Part shown: positions 1 to 10,910 of the stretch, one piece after another
Numbering within the stretch: position 1 is the stretch's first letter
Layout of the letters: the number at the start of each line of letters is the position of its first letter
Assembly: GCA_964605735.1 (NCBI GenBank)
Contig: CAZSDS010000002.1
Location: 4,093 to 46,089 of the forward strand
DNA length: 41,997 bases
Direction of reading: 5' to 3'
Origin: an uncultured Candidatus Saccharibacteria bacterium
GTDB taxonomy: Bacteria > Patescibacteriota > Doudnabacteria > UBA920 > O2-02-FULL-48-8
Notes under the pieces: generated by a model
Database searches by the model: none
Seen by the model: the letters and a program-made list of their open reading frames with translations, nothing else
What the model was told of the DNA's origin: nothing
Made by a program: the position numbers and the translations under genes

Positions 1-1493
1 CCGAACTGGACAGTGCCGCTGTTATGGTTAAAGGTTCCGCCGGCGGTGTGGGTCCAGTTGGTGACCACATATAAGGTGTTTGAAGTTGAGGTGAATGTTC
101 CAGAAGAAAAAGTGAAGCTGTTTATCGCGAGGTTGCCTGAAGCGCTCAAGGTGCCGCTGGGTTTGGATACGTTGAGGTGTGCGGTAATACCACCAGTATT
201 TCCTGTGATTACCTGATCCCCTGAGTCAGGAAAAGATATGGTTCCAGAGCCGCTGTCTGCAGTTGAGGCCACTGTCATGTCACCCTTAACCCTCACGGTG
301 CCCAAGTTTATCTGCCCGTTGCCATGAGTGAAATGATTTTCAACAATCAAAGTGTCACCTACAGCAATGAGGAGATTTCCGTTGTAAGTGTTCACTGCCA
401 AATTATGGAAGGTTTCTGAGGTGCTCACATCCCAGGTTCCATTACCGAAGAAAGTTGGTCCAATATCCAGGAAGCCGAACTGGACAGTACCGCTGTTATG
501 GTTAAACGTTCCACCAGCTGTGTGGGTCCAGTTTGAACCCACGTAAAAAGTTCCAGATGTGGAGGTAAACGCGCCTGAGGACAGAGTGAAATTCGTCACC
601 CCAAGATCCCCGGAAGCGCTTAAAGTGCCTCCTGCTTTGGCAACGTTTAAGTTTGATGTGTAACCTCCGGCTGTCCCTGCAATGGCTTGGTCACCGGCTT
701 CCAGAAAAGATATGGTTGCGGAACCTCCGTCTGCCAAGGAAGTCACTGTCATGTCACCCTGAACTTTTATTGTTCCCGTATTCACCTGGCCGTTGCCGTG
801 GGTAAAATCATTCTCGACAATAAACGTATCGCCGGTAGCCATGTTAAGATTGCCGCCGTACGCATTGACTATGAAGTTGTGAAATGTTTCAGTGGAATTT
901 ACGTCCCAGGTTCCATTGCTAATAACCACGCTTGGGACAATATCCAGAAAACCGAACTGCACAGTGCCGCTGTTATGGTTAAAGGTTCCTCCCGCAGTGT
1001 GGACCCAATTGCTCACAACCGCTAACGTGCCGGTTGTTGAGGTGAAGGTACCGCCTGAAAGGGTAAATGGAGCCTGGATAGTTATGTCATCAGCGCCGCC
1101 TGTGAAGGTGCCGTCAGCCTGGGTATATCCTGTGGTGCCTATGGTCAAAGACCTGGATTGGGTAATCGTTCCTGTGTAGCCGGAGCTTACGGAAATCCCC
1201 AAAACCTGTCCGCCGAATCCGGCATCGATTGTTGCGTCCTTTGTGGAGGTGCCGTTAAACAGCGCAACATCAGAAGGGCCTGGGCATGCATTTGTGCTCC
1301 AGTTATCGCAATCGCTCCAATTATTAGTCGCCCCTCCCCCGTCCCAGGTCAAAGTAGCGGCTCTGGCGGAATGGTTTTGGTACCAAACAAAAAGACTGAC
1401 CATGACCACAATCAGTCCGATCAATTTGGGGAAAAACCTAGGATTTTTGGTAGGCTTTTTTCTTTTGTTTCTTAGGTATCTGTAAGTTCGCAA
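1..1493 (-). CDS. Large secreted/surface repeat protein, 5' part only (runs off the left edge); ~158-aa Gly/Thr/Ser-rich beta-strand repeats
   Basis: Manual minus-strand translation from TTG at 1493 is open to the window edge: (M)RTYRYLRNKRKKPTKNPRFFPKLIGLIVVMVSLFVWYQNHSARA|ATLTWDGGGATNNWSDCDNWSTNACPG... It has a basic N-terminus, a hydrophobic helix and an AxA site. The motif WxHTAGGTFNHNSGTVQFG recurs at 474/477-bp spacing (DNA anchors at 1, 475, 952). Not in the ORF track; the plus-strand ORFs here are shadows. Confidence 0.88.
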   Translation of the reverse strand, partial: MRTYRYLRNKRKKPTKNPRFFPKLIGLIVVMVSLFVWYQNHSARAATLTWDGGGATNNWSDCDNWSTNACPGPSDVALFNGTSTKDATIDAGFGGQVLGISVSSGYTGTITQSRSLTIGTTGYTQADGTFTGGADDITIQAPFTLSGGTFTSTTGTLAVVSNWVHTAGGTFNHNSGTVQFGFLDIVPSVVISNGTWDVNSTETFHNFIVNAYGGNLNMATGDTFIVENDFTHGNGQVNTGTIKVQGDMTVTSLADGGSATISFLEAGDQAIAGTAGGYTSNLNVAKAGGTLSASGDLGVTNFTLSSGAFTSTSGTFYVGSNWTHTAGGTFNHNSGTVQFGFLDIGPTFFGNGTWDVSTSETFHNLAVNTYNGNLLIAVGDTLIVENHFTHGNGQINLGTVRVKGDMTVASTADSGSGTISFPDSGDQVITGNTGGITAHLNVSKPSGTLSASGNLAINSFTFSSGTFTSTSNTLYVVTNWTHTAGGTFNHNSGTVQF

Positions 1494-1593
1494 AACTAAT
1501 TTTAAGCCCTTACTTACACAATATATTCTACCATAATGTCAAATTTTTGTTATCCACCTAGCGGGAGCAATAAAAGCACCCGCGCCTCAAACC

Positions 1594-1630
1594 AAAAAAA
1601 GAAAAATCCCCACCTTGCGGTGAGGAGTTT
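1594..1630 (-). terminator. Intrinsic terminator after tRNA-Pro
   Basis: Minus strand CTCCTCACC-GCAA-GGTGGGGA followed by TTTTTCTTTTTTT. Confidence 0.65.
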
Positions 1631-1633
1631 TCC

Positions 1634-1710
1634 TGGTCGGGGACCAGGGACTTGAACCCTGAACCTCTCGCTCCCAAAGCGAGCGCTCTAGCCAATTGAG
1701 CCAGTCCCCG
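1634..1710 (-). tRNA. tRNA-Pro (anticodon TGG)
   Basis: CGGGGACTGGCTCAATTGGCTAGAGCG-CTCGC-TT-TGG-GA-GCGAG...GGTTCAAGTCCCTGGTCCCCGACCA; full cloverleaf with encoded CCA. Confidence 0.97.
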
Positions 1711-1730
1711 AATATTTCAAATGCCTACCA

Positions 1731-1759
1731 ATTATAGCCTAAACGCGGGAATATTTCAA
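1731..1759 (-). promoter_or_regulatory. Sigma70-type promoter for tRNA-Pro
   Basis: TTGAAA-17 nt-TATAAT, 21 nt upstream of the tRNA. Confidence 0.7.
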
Positions 1760-1797
1760 GGGCGGGCAGTTTGAGGCTGGATATCCACAAAGACTGG

Positions 1798-1826
1798 TTG
1801 ACCCTGGCATTTCATAAGGCTAAGAT
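1798..1826 (+). promoter_or_regulatory. Sigma70-type promoter for the 1836 gene (near-leaderless)
   Basis: TTGACC-17 nt-TAAGAT ending 9 nt before the ATG at 1836. Confidence 0.5.
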
Positions 1827-1835
1827 TATAACCTT

Positions 1836-2108
1836 ATGAAGAAACTTACTCTCGACGACATTGCAATAATGATAAACAAAGGGTTTCAAAATACTCAGGA
1901 CTTTATTATTAAAGAACTTGGTTGCCGGATTGATAAAGTAGAAACCAAATTAAACAATGTCGAAACTGGCCTGAAAAGCAAAATAGATAAGCTGGACGAC
2001 AAAATAATTTCGCTCGAACAGAAAGTGAACAGAGCCCTCTACATCAATAATGTTAATTTAGACAGTCGGGTTACTGTATTAGAAAAGAAAATATTGCGCA
2101 GAAAATAA
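1836..2108 (+). CDS. Small coiled-coil hypothetical protein
   Basis: 90 aa, AT-rich, heptad pattern (IDKVETKLNNVETGLKSKIDKLDDKIISLEQKV); its stop abuts the ligA stop. Confidence 0.75.
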   Translation: MKKLTLDDIAIMINKGFQNTQDFIIKELGCRIDKVETKLNNVETGLKSKIDKLDDKIISLEQKVNRALYINNVNLDSRVTVLEKKILRRK

Positions 2109-4115
<2,007 letters not shown>

Positions 4116-4211
4116 TTAATCGGGGTAAAATTTAGTTAACAAAATCACTTAAGAGAGCTTTCTGATCCTTGTGTATTACAAGCAGATTGGAAAGAAAAAT
4201 AAAATCGAGAG

Positions 4212-4847
4212 ATGCAATACATCAAACCACATTTGTCACCCGAGCTACGTGCCCAAATCACCCCGCAATCCAAGCGGGACAGAAAGATGACCACGGCTGG
4301 GGTATTTTTATTGCTAGGCAGTGCGATTCTGGCATACAATGTCTGGCCATCAGGCGACGACCAAACTGCTCTTATTAATTCTAAACTAGAATCAATTGGG
4401 GCACAAACGCCTTCTGTGGGCTTTGGCAATCTCGAAAAACAGGTCCTGGGCGATTCAACCACTGCTGAAGAACCTACAGCCGCACAAACTTCCCAACAGA
4501 CGGCCCCTGCCCAGACCACTCAAGCAGACGACCAGTTCACCTCCTACACAGTCAAAAGCGGAGACACCCTCTTTAACATCAGCCAGTCGTACAACATCAA
4601 ATGGGACCTGATCGCCCAGTTCAACAGCCTCTCAGAACCTTACATGCTGCATGCCGGACAGGTCTTGAAAATTCCGCAAGCCACCACTTCCCAGGTTCCT
4701 GACAAAATTTATACGATAGTTAAGGGCGACACCCTTGCCAGCATCGCAAAAAAATATAACATCACGGTAGACGACATTATTGCTGTTAACCCAAATCTGC
4801 AGAAATCGGATTTGATCTCAATCGGACAGGTTATAAGGCTCCCATAA
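4212..4847 (+). CDS. Membrane-anchored protein with two LysM domains
   Basis: TM helix, Q/T/A-rich linker, YTVKSGDTLFNISQSY and YTIVKGDTLASIAKKY LysM repeats. Confidence 0.93.
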   Translation: MQYIKPHLSPELRAQITPQSKRDRKMTTAGVFLLLGSAILAYNVWPSGDDQTALINSKLESIGAQTPSVGFGNLEKQVLGDSTTAEEPTAAQTSQQTAPAQTTQADDQFTSYTVKSGDTLFNISQSYNIKWDLIAQFNSLSEPYMLHAGQVLKIPQATTSQVPDKIYTIVKGDTLASIAKKYNITVDDIIAVNPNLQKSDLISIGQVIRLP

Positions 4848-4890
4848 ATTTTTACGACCGGATCATAAAGATCAGTCCAAAATCAAAACC

Positions 4891-4928
4891 AAAAAGAACC
4901 GCTGCAAAAATGCAGCGGTTTTCATTTT
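4891..4928. terminator. Bidirectional intrinsic terminator between the LysM gene and the pilin cluster
   Basis: AACCGCTGCA-AAAA-TGCAGCGGTT with A-rich and T-rich flanks between convergent genes. Confidence 0.75.
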
Positions 4929-4996
4929 GAAGAATTATTTAAGACGTTGCGCGATTTACAGATCTGATGAACGGCTTAGAACTTAGAACCTTGAGC

Positions 4997-5809
4997 TTAG
5001 AGCGGCAAAGTAATGTTCAGGCGGCGGGTGTACATTTCTGAGTTGGCATCGCAGTTTGCCACGTTCTGCCCGAATGACACGCAACCCTCCGCATCCAATG
5101 TTCTGTAATCCGGCAACCCGGCATACAAACCGGTTGTACTGATTTCCACCGTAGCTGAGCCGCTGGTTGCAGTCAGAGTGATTCTTAAGCGTTCGTCGTT
5201 TGAGTTCAAAATATTTCTGGCAATTGGATATGTGCCGGTCTGTCCCCTGGTCAGGGTGCCGTTGGCGTAATTAACCCCATCCACAGTGTCAATGTCAACG
5301 TTAACCGAGAAGCTTCCCGTCAAATACTTCACGATCAGCGAAGTGTACAGCTGGTTGCCGCTGCCACCCCCGTCCGCAGGGCACACAGCATCATCTTCCA
5401 TGCAAGTATTGCCCTGCACGTTGGTGAAATCGTAAAGATAAACCACAAGCGGTTCAGCGGATGTGAACTGGAATACCGTAGGTCCGGTGGCCAGACACGA
5501 GCGGATGCGGGTAGAGCTGTTTGTTGTAGTGCTCCCATCAAGCTGGGTGTAAGGAGCCGTGCCGCAGGATGCGCTGAAATTACTGCGCTTGACCCGGTAT
5601 ATCCCCTGCTCGCCTGCAGTTTCAGCAGCCACAATAGCCGGCTCAGTCAGCGCTGTTGCGCGGTTTGTCCTGACTTCCTGTATGACAAAGAATGCCACTG
5701 TGGTGGTTATTACAGTTATGGCAGAAATGATCATGACGGCAAGAAGGATTGCCACTCCATCCTGACTGTTCTGCTTTGGTGCAAATTTTAATTTCTCGGT
5801 AAATTTCAT
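4997..5809 (-). CDS. PilX-like minor pilin
   Basis: QDG|VAILLAVMII class III-like signal lacking Glu5, followed by AAETAGEQG typical of the PilX N-terminus; last gene of a minor-pilin triplet. Confidence 0.8.
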   Translation of the reverse strand: MKFTEKLKFAPKQNSQDGVAILLAVMIISAITVITTTVAFFVIQEVRTNRATALTEPAIVAAETAGEQGIYRVKRSNFSASCGTAPYTQLDGSTTTNSSTRIRSCLATGPTVFQFTSAEPLVVYLYDFTNVQGNTCMEDDAVCPADGGGSGNQLYTSLIVKYLTGSFSVNVDIDTVDGVNYANGTLTRGQTGTYPIARNILNSNDERLRITLTATSGSATVEISTTGLYAGLPDYRTLDAEGCVSFGQNVANCDANSEMYTRRLNITLPL

Positions 5810-5818
5810 TGGTACGGG

Positions 5819-6382
5819 TTAAAATCTTGCAGGATATTGCCTGACGCCAAAGGTGCTTTGCAAGTTTATTTTGGAAGTCATCATGTATTTTTGGTTTGCT
5901 GAGGCAAGTTCCAGAGTTACCATAACATGGGGCTGGACATGAATATCATTGGCCAAATCAAACGGATCTCCATGGCCGGCATCAGGAGACAGGCGGAACA
6001 TACCATTCATAACCAACACATCATCCGAATTCAACCTGGTGCTGCCAACCCCCGTCTTGGTTAAAATAATGTCGTAGGTGCCCAAGCCAGTAAAGCGCAA
6101 AGATATTTCTTCATCCAGCTGGTTAATCAGGCTTAGGGTGGCCGTATCGTTGGTTCTGCTGTAATCAATTCTTCCGTTTCTGATTTCCTTTGCCAAATAA
6201 TCCATGATAAAGCGGCCGTTTTGGAGGACTTCTCTTTCTGCGCGGCTCTTTGCGTCCAATTGCATGGTTGCCATATAAACTCCAAGCGAGGAGGAGACAA
6301 CAAAAGCAAAAACACCAGCCGCCACAACGGCTTCGATTATCGTAAATCCTTTTTCTGATTTTTTCAGCAACTTGCGAAACAT
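5819..6382 (-). CDS. Minor pilin (PilW-like)
   Basis: KG|FTIIEAVV prepilin motif. The start is more likely the ATG at 6382 (TAATG overlap with the upstream stop) than 6400. Confidence 0.85.
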   Translation of the reverse strand: MFRKLLKKSEKGFTIIEAVVAAGVFAFVVSSSLGVYMATMQLDAKSRAEREVLQNGRFIMDYLAKEIRNGRIDYSRTNDTATLSLINQLDEEISLRFTGLGTYDIILTKTGVGSTRLNSDDVLVMNGMFRLSPDAGHGDPFDLANDIHVQPHVMVTLELASANQKYMMTSKINLQSTFGVRQYPARF

Positions 6383-7131
6383 TATCTGTAATCCTTCCAA
6401 TTTGTAAGGCGTTCAACCACCGTTACTTTGCAAGGAGTATTAAAGGTAGTCGGCACTACATTGCTTGGGAAATCAACGCAACCCTTTCCTTTCCAGATAA
6501 CAACGGAAGTTACAATCTTTTCAGGGCTGTGACCATTGCTTGCACTGGGGTTATTGTGGTCATTTGTGAAAGGCGCTGAGGTATTGCCGGTGGTAATAGA
6601 CACTCTCCTGGCAAATTGGGCTTGGGCTGCAGAGCATGTTGAGTGCCTGTATGAACCATCACCCATCAAACACAGAAGATAGGTCTCCTGACCGTTCCTT
6701 GTGTCCAGAGTTAAATATGGATTGCGGCCATTCCCAGTCATTACCAAGCGATAATCATTGTTATTGTTGCTTGATTGCAGGTCATACGGATCACCGAAAG
6801 CTTCCGGATAGCAAGGCAGAAAGACGCCGCCGCCAAAATTACAACTAGGGTCAAGATCATCCACGCCTGCGTTGATAGTGCCCCCAGTCGGAGTTGGGTC
6901 TTCAGCAGCCAGCCAGTTTGTATCCCTTAGGATCCTCACACCCTCAATCCCTTCTCTGGCCAGGTTTGTGGCAATGAGCTGGTTGCGGTTATTTACGTTT
7001 CTTGAGTTGGAATAGATGGCCAAACCCAAGCCTGCCACCAATGCCATTGTCAGCATAAACAGGGCAATAATGACCTCAATCATGGTCTGGCCAGACTGGG
7101 AATGTTGCGGTTGTCGTAAATTAAAACGCAT
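6382..7131 (-). CDS. Minor pilin (PilV-like)
   Basis: SG|QTMIEVIIAL prepilin motif; ATNLAREGIE helix. Confidence 0.85.
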   Translation of the reverse strand: MRFNLRQPQHSQSGQTMIEVIIALFMLTMALVAGLGLAIYSNSRNVNNRNQLIATNLAREGIEGVRILRDTNWLAAEDPTPTGGTINAGVDDLDPSCNFGGGVFLPCYPEAFGDPYDLQSSNNNNDYRLVMTGNGRNPYLTLDTRNGQETYLLCLMGDGSYRHSTCSAAQAQFARRVSITTGNTSAPFTNDHNNPSASNGHSPEKIVTSVVIWKGKGCVDFPSNVVPTTFNTPCKVTVVERLTNWKDYR

Positions 7132-7209
7132 TGGAAATTGGTTGTCTTTTTATTTCGAACTGGAAAGTATATGCAAACCAAGCAGGTTCGTCAACCTGCT
7201 TTGGGTTTG

Positions 7210-10089
7210 CTATGGAGTCACCTCTCTGATGTCAGGAATACCTGGCTGAGGTGAGTTGATGAGGTAACGAGGGCTGAACAACTGGACCGGAGATGCGGCA
7301 CCGCCTCCCACTGGGTAGTTGTACCTGAGGGTGGCCTGGTTCCAGACGTCAGTCCTGACGTTCGGCACTGTAACCTGAACCTGGGCGTCAAAGTAGATAA
7401 CCCAGTTATTGCAATAAGGCACCGGCGTGGTTACACATGAAGGGTCGGTGGCGGATGTACAGCCGGTGTTGTTGTTGGTTGTACATTTTACGCCGGAGAT
7501 GTTGATGGTCAGATCAGGAGCTGTATATGAGGTTGTTGCTGTCTCCCCTGCTTCGTTAAAGTTGCCGTCTGCATCTTTGTCGATTCTGACATTCCATCCA
7601 CCTGCTGGCATGACCAGCTGGATATCGCGTCCGTCATCTCTAAGGTTAGGGTGCAGAGTGTCTGTTATGCCTGTAACCTGTGCTATATCGGTCCCGTTGT
7701 TCTGGATGATGATTCGGAAAGTCAGAATATCACCGTCTTGTCCTGAGACCGCAGGGTTGTAAGCGGCATTGTTGACCCTGTAAATGCTCTTTGACGAAGA
7801 GCTTAAGGATGGATAGCAGGTTTGCGGCGTGTAACTGCTGGATGAATATGCGTAACTGGAGTAAACGTTTGTTCCGCCGTAAGTAATGTAAGCGCGGACT
7901 GAAACCCAGGCTGGAACGGCCGGCGGACTGCTCCACGTGTAAGAACCTCTTGTACCTGAACCTGCCACGCTCCCCACTGTAGTTATGACGGTAGGGTTTG
8001 GATCATTAGGCGCTGTGCTATAGCTGAGCTCATACCCTGTTTCATTTGTGCTGTTGTCGCGCCAGCTGAATTTAAGCTGACCGCAAGGCGAAGGATCCAG
8101 CTGAACCATGTCTGGCGCTGGCGGAGCCGGCTGGTTATATTCGCCAATCAGCGTGGTGGAAACGCCGTTGTTAAGTGTAAACGGAAGCGTGTCGCCGTTA
8201 GTCAGTGCTCCAGGCACTGTCAAAACTCCGTCTTTTCTGACTCCGGCAATCAAATAGCTGGCTGAAGGCAAAACTTTGAAAGAATAATTTCCGACTGTCA
8301 GAGGGAATGTGTCAACGGCCGTGCCTGAACCGCTCCTAATGACTGTGCCTGACTGGTCCAGAACCTGCCAGGAACCACTAGGGATGCTGGCGCTGGCGCT
8401 GACTGTGCCTGACTGCGGGGTATAGTTGATGTTAAATGAGATTGACTGCCCGGCTGAATTTATGGATTGCGACGCGGATGGAGAAACAGTGGCGTTGTAT
8501 CCTGGAATGTTGTAGTTGGTCAAGTTATATGACCCGACGTTGCCCTGGTATGTTATAGGGCCTGCGGTTGGCGTTGCCTGCTGGTTGTCCAAGAAAGTGC
8601 CGGATCCGTCACTGCCAGTGATTCGCCATGTGCCTGGGACGCCTGTTGTTGTTACTGTGACAGTTCCAAGAGTCACGGCAACGTTGATGTTTGCAGTCAG
8701 CAACTGACCAAAGAAATGGTCAGGCCCTGTGCCTGCCGGACAGGATGGGTTAATTGCAGTGTCGTATGGGGCCACTGATCTCAGGTGAAGCATTTGCATG
8801 CCAATCTGGTAATTTCCTACTGCTGTAGGGGCAACCGCATTTACTGTCAGAGTGTTGGATTCACCAGGGTTATTGGCGCCAGTGTTTTGCATTGGCAGGT
8901 TATTGAAATAACCGCCGTTGGTCCAGTAACTGCCTGCCGTGCCATTGTCAGAAAGACGCCACCATGTGCCGTGGGCATATTTAACGTCGCCGTTGTTAGT
9001 CAACAGAACGGTAAAACTGTATGGCTGGCCAGGCGCTACGGTAGCTGGAGGTGGAGTGACAAATGACAAAGCCGCATTTTCATTGCATGAACCAGGTGGG
9101 GGTGTTGGCCCCGGCGGTGTAGGGCCTGGTGGTGTGGGACCAGGAGGCGTTGGCCCCGGGGGTGTAGGGCCTGGAGGGGTTGGCCCCGGTGGCGGAGGCG
9201 GTGTTGGACTGCCGCCGGCTGAGTAGCTTAAATCAAAAACTATATTTCCGTCACCATTGCAGGTTTGCGGGTTGATTGGATGGCCGTTGATGCTGTAGTC
9301 TGTGCCGCCGACGTTAATGGAATTTGGGTAGCTGAGAGTGTATTGGCCTGTGGGAGTGTTGTTGGCCGTGAAATTTGCGGAATTTTGCGCAGCGGAATAA
9401 CCCCGTGGGCCGGAAAGGGACCAAGGTATTGGTATATTTGAATTAATGGATACTGATCTGCATGGATTGGTGATGGTGAAAAGCAATTGGCCTTCCCAGT
9501 AACCGTTGTAAGGATCACCAACAGGGAAAGTTACGCGGTAATCACCCACTGGCCAGCCTGTAATGTCAAACTGGTACTCCATCCAGTACAAAAGTCTTTC
9601 GAACTGGTGATTTGGGTCATAGTCGTCGCAGGCAACGTCGCTAGCGACGGCCTGGTTGCGAATAAAGTAATCCCCTGACCCGGACGAGCCAAGCTGTAAA
9701 TTCACGCTGTATACACTAGACCCTACCCCAGGACCAAAACTGTGACCTGTTCTGACCTCCATTCCTATATTCGTCCCGAAATAAAGATTTTCATAGCCAT
9801 ATATTCTTGAACCATCACCTTCACCTGAACTAGCACAATCAGTTCGAATATAAGGAGCTTCGACCTGTCCATAAAAATGCATGTAGTTAACAGTCCCCTG
9901 CTCAAAAGTCATGGGGTAAAATTGGCTGTATGGGATGTGGTCAAACTGCCAAGTCATGTTCCAGTCTGCAACTATAATCTCCTCTCCAATACCAGGACCA
10001 GCTATTTGGGCATCAGCACTGCCCGGAGACAACAAAAAGAAGGCACACAGACCAGCAAATATGGCGCTTGAATATAGTTTAATTTTCAT
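7210..10089 (-). CDS. 959-aa secreted multidomain adhesin-like protein (Pro-rich linker, NBR1-Ig-like, FN3-like, DUF11-like C-terminal domain)
   Basis: Sec signal ending SADA; (GPTPP)x6; VAPGQPYSFTVLLTNNG Ig-like; LKFSWRDNSTNETGY FN3-like; SKS...GDILTFRIIIQNNG...ITDTL DUF11-like. Confidence 0.85.
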   Translation of the reverse strand: MKIKLYSSAIFAGLCAFFLLSPGSADAQIAGPGIGEEIIVADWNMTWQFDHIPYSQFYPMTFEQGTVNYMHFYGQVEAPYIRTDCASSGEGDGSRIYGYENLYFGTNIGMEVRTGHSFGPGVGSSVYSVNLQLGSSGSGDYFIRNQAVASDVACDDYDPNHQFERLLYWMEYQFDITGWPVGDYRVTFPVGDPYNGYWEGQLLFTITNPCRSVSINSNIPIPWSLSGPRGYSAAQNSANFTANNTPTGQYTLSYPNSINVGGTDYSINGHPINPQTCNGDGNIVFDLSYSAGGSPTPPPPPGPTPPGPTPPGPTPPGPTPPGPTPPGPTPPPGSCNENAALSFVTPPPATVAPGQPYSFTVLLTNNGDVKYAHGTWWRLSDNGTAGSYWTNGGYFNNLPMQNTGANNPGESNTLTVNAVAPTAVGNYQIGMQMLHLRSVAPYDTAINPSCPAGTGPDHFFGQLLTANINVAVTLGTVTVTTTGVPGTWRITGSDGSGTFLDNQQATPTAGPITYQGNVGSYNLTNYNIPGYNATVSPSASQSINSAGQSISFNINYTPQSGTVSASASIPSGSWQVLDQSGTVIRSGSGTAVDTFPLTVGNYSFKVLPSASYLIAGVRKDGVLTVPGALTNGDTLPFTLNNGVSTTLIGEYNQPAPPAPDMVQLDPSPCGQLKFSWRDNSTNETGYELSYSTAPNDPNPTVITTVGSVAGSGTRGSYTWSSPPAVPAWVSVRAYITYGGTNVYSSYAYSSSSYTPQTCYPSLSSSSKSIYRVNNAAYNPAVSGQDGDILTFRIIIQNNGTDIAQVTGITDTLHPNLRDDGRDIQLVMPAGGWNVRIDKDADGNFNEAGETATTSYTAPDLTINISGVKCTTNNNTGCTSATDPSCVTTPVPYCNNWVIYFDAQVQVTVPNVRTDVWNQATLRYNYPVGGGAASPVQLFSPRYLINSPQPGIPDIREVTP
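9094..9210 (-). repeat. Coding tandem repeat, 15-bp unit encoding (GPTPP)x6
   Basis: Six GPTPP units with differing synonymous codons inside the 959-aa CDS. Confidence 0.9.
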
Positions 10090-10142
10090 TTTGGTTTCAT
10101 TTTTCTTACGTTTTTACTAGTGCTATTATAGCATATAAATAC

Positions 10143-10178
10143 AAAAAAGAAAAGCTCCAGGATGAGTTATCCTGGAGC
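10143..10178 (-). terminator. Intrinsic terminator after the 10187 gene
   Basis: GCTCCAGGA-TAACTCA-TCCTGGAGC then TTTTCTTTTTT. Confidence 0.8.
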
Positions 10179-10186
10179 AGTGCGCC

Positions 10187-10675
10187 TTACTGGACAATAC
10201 GGCCGTCCTCTGTGACCTTGAACTCCACAGCCTCGTAGTCGGTCCCTGGGTACTGACCAGAGTCCTTGATGACTTTGGTGAGAAGAACATCACCAAGGAA
10301 AATATCCTTTGAGGCTTGGCAGCATGCCGTATCGAGGAAGTACATGCGATACCGAATACCTGGTTCGAACTGCAACATCCGAATGTTGACGATGTACTGA
10401 GTGTCGTCGATCACGGACATCGCATTCCCCATGAACTCGGCGAACGTTCTCCACCTGTCTCCGCTCTGCTGAATAATGACCAGAGACATGCCAGGTGAAT
10501 TCAGCATTTGAGGCTTGGTAACAGGTCCAACTCGAACGTACCTGACCTGGTCGAAAGAAGCCGTAACCCTTGGTGCAGGTGAGGTGATAGATGAACCACC
10601 ACCCTTACAAGCGCTGGAGAGAGCCAGCGCCAATACGATCACGATTGCCGCGAGTACACGACGCAAATGACGCAT
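10187..10675 (-). CDS. Putative lipoprotein, paralog 1
   Basis: Signal ending LALALSSAC (lipobox-like), S/P-rich tether, GGAGGGG RBS, own promoter and terminator. Confidence 0.8.
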   Translation of the reverse strand: MRHLRRVLAAIVIVLALALSSACKGGGSSITSPAPRVTASFDQVRYVRVGPVTKPQMLNSPGMSLVIIQQSGDRWRTFAEFMGNAMSVIDDTQYIVNIRMLQFEPGIRYRMYFLDTACCQASKDIFLGDVLLTKVIKDSGQYPGTDYEAVEFKVTEDGRIVQ

Positions 10676-10753
10676 GATTCCCCTCCTGATTGTATTGGAA
10701 TATCGGCGGTTTGTTTGTCTCCGCCAGAATGCTGTCTATCACTAGAATATCAC

Positions 10754-10783
10754 ATTATACGCATAATGACACAGAAAAGTCAA
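10754..10783 (-). promoter_or_regulatory. Sigma70-type promoter for lipoprotein paralog 1
   Basis: TTGACT-18 nt-TATAAT. Confidence 0.6.
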
Positions 10784-10865
10784 GGGGGTACTTTAACCAG
10801 AGACAATAGTCATTTTTTGTATCTTCTACTAAGAAGACACGAAAAATGGAAAGACTAACCAAAAT

Positions 10866-10893
10866 AAAAAGGCCTAAGATTGTTCTTAGACCT
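10866..10893 (-). terminator. Intrinsic terminator after the 10911 gene
   Basis: AGGTCTAAG-AACAAT-CTTAGGCCT then TTT-ATTTT. Confidence 0.6.
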
Positions 10894-10910
10894 GAAAGCG
10901 CATTCAACAG

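Noticed and set aside
13-1485. Plus-strand ORFs 13-216, 687-1025, 892-1179, 1158-1475, 1243-1485
   Set aside because: Antisense shadows of the minus-strand repeat protein; their repeats mirror its repeats.
1550-1790. DnaA-box-like TTATCCACC (~1550) and ATATCCACA (~1781)
   Set aside because: Only two imperfect boxes, no dnaA/dnaN and no unwinding element; not enough for oriC.
9094-9210. Possible CRISPR-like repeat
   Set aside because: Contiguous 15-bp coding units with no spacers; no CRISPR array or cas gene seen in the window.
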